The position numbers and the translations under genes are program-made. From a virus: DNA of 64,000 nucleotides. The notes below the pieces were generated by a model, which saw nothing but the letters and a program-made list of their open reading frames with translations, was not told the origin of the DNA and made no database searches. Position 1 is the first letter of the stretch; each line of letters opens with the position of its first letter. The stretch lies in the IMG/VR virus record IMGVR_UViG_3300042447_000691. The stretch is one strand, 5' to 3'. Below, in pieces: positions 63,290 to 64,000 of this stretch.

Positions 63290-63670
63290 ATGAAAAAAAT
63301 TATTAGATTAACAGAATCAGATCTAACAAGAATTGTTAGACGAACACTAAATGAAATGGAGGATAAAAATTGGGATGATCACAAAGAAGAAAACGATTTT
63401 AGTTATTTTGATACCGATATGTATAATGGATTAGATGACGAAGAGTGGGGTGAAACTGATGGAGGTGGAGGTGGAGAAGAACTACAAGATTTGATAAAAG
63501 ATGCGAAAGAATTTTTGGAAAATGAATGTGGGTATGATTTAGATGATATAAATTTAATGAGCGTTGATGATATTGTAGATACAATATTTGATGAAGGAAA
63601 TATTGTGTTAGCTCAAAAAATTGATAACTTATTGGACTTTGATGATTTTAATTTTTTTGGAAATGGTTAG
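63290..63670 (+). CDS. Leader-family acidic protein
   Basis: Identical leader; the body resembles the middle of 38521..39279 (QDLI..A.E.LE.E.GYD.D..N.M..DIV..LY.EG...LA..I..LLD). Confidence 0.7.
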   Translation: MKKIIRLTESDLTRIVRRTLNEMEDKNWDDHKEENDFSYFDTDMYNGLDDEEWGETDGGGGGEELQDLIKDAKEFLENECGYDLDDINLMSVDDIVDTIFDEGNIVLAQKIDNLLDFDDFNFFGNG

Positions 63671-63715
63671 TATTCTTATTACCACTAACTTATATATCAA
63701 CACCTTATAAAAAAT

Positions 63716-63748
63716 AACCCCACTTCCTAAAAAGGTGGGGATTTTTAT
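63716..63748 (+). terminator. Intrinsic terminator
   Basis: AACCCCACTT/AGGTGGGGAT stem plus T-tract. Confidence 0.7.
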
Positions 63749-63880
63749 TTGTCAAAACTAAAACAAAAAAAAATAGTATAAGTACTAAACTTTTAGGGAT
63801 AAATACTAATCCAACTAAAAATACTTTTCAAATCAAAATAAATTGTTTAAGTTTGTATAAGAAATTAAAAAATAAATAAA

Positions 63881-64000
63881 ATGGAAAAAGAATTTGTACC
63901 TTATGAGTTGGCGGTTAAACTCAAAACACTTGGATATGATGGACCTTGTTTTGGAGTTTATATTGCAGGTCACTTGATGATAACATATGATTCAATTTAC
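63881..64000 (+). CDS. Hypothetical protein (3' partial)
   Basis: MEKEFVPYELAVKLKTLG runs off the window edge. Confidence 0.55.
   Translation, partial: MEKEFVPYELAVKLKTLGYDGPCFGVYIAGHLMITYDSIY

Noticed and set aside
38013-63360. CRISPR array suggested by recurring ~70-100-nt repeats
   Set aside because: The repeats are coding leaders separated by whole genes, not regular 30-40-nt spacers; no cas genes are present.
1481-63584. Many minus-strand and alternate-frame ORFs in the supplied track (e.g. 1481-1783, 2853-3410, 10287-10697, 37261-37713, 42039-42503)
   Set aside because: They are shadows of longer motif-bearing plus-strand genes, with Ser/Phe/Ile-rich antisense composition and no upstream signals.
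1-64000. Stop-codon reassignment (as in some huge phages)
   Set aside because: Recognisable proteins are full length under code 11, TAG and TGA end real genes, and no convincing suppressor tRNA was found.
1-64000. Bacterial chromosome, or transposon, DGR or retron elements
   Set aside because: No core cellular operons, transposase, integrase or reverse transcriptase motifs; gene content and density are phage-like.

Overview
This is a very AT-rich, gene-dense, mostly plus-strand segment of a large (jumbo, T4-like) tailed-phage genome, not a cellular chromosome. At least ten canonical Bacteroidota housekeeping promoters (TTG/TTTG-N19-20-TAnnTTTG) point to a Bacteroidota host. A second upstream motif (ATATTTAT, twice with TTGACA 17-18 nt upstream) probably belongs to the phage-encoded sigma-70 factor. 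Protein genes include gp47/gp46 (SbcD/SbcC)-like recombination nuclease genes, two HNH endonucleases, a type IIG/IIB-like restriction-modification cassette, two further DNA methyltransferases, DnaJ, a glutaredoxin-like protein, a DHH phosphoesterase, a GNAT and an M23+M15B peptidase. RNA genes include a ~900-nt GOLLD-like RNA candidate, about 23 tRNA genes covering all 20 amino acids, and several tRNA-like and other structured RNAs. The lysis region (LD-transpeptidase-like protein, GH19 endolysin, holin, TM-GAF protein) contains a PAS-PAS histidine kinase and response regulator. Three best leads: (1) two unannotated leader-peptide attenuators in front of the two tRNA sub-arrays, whose amino-acid content mirrors the downstream tRNAs; (2) a two-component sensory system embedded in the lysis operon; (3) a large family of unrelated cargo proteins sharing an N-terminal [20 protein letters not shown] leader resembling a capsid-targeting, prohead-protease-cleaved signal. 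All assignments come from motif reading by eye; no database searches or folding calculations were run.
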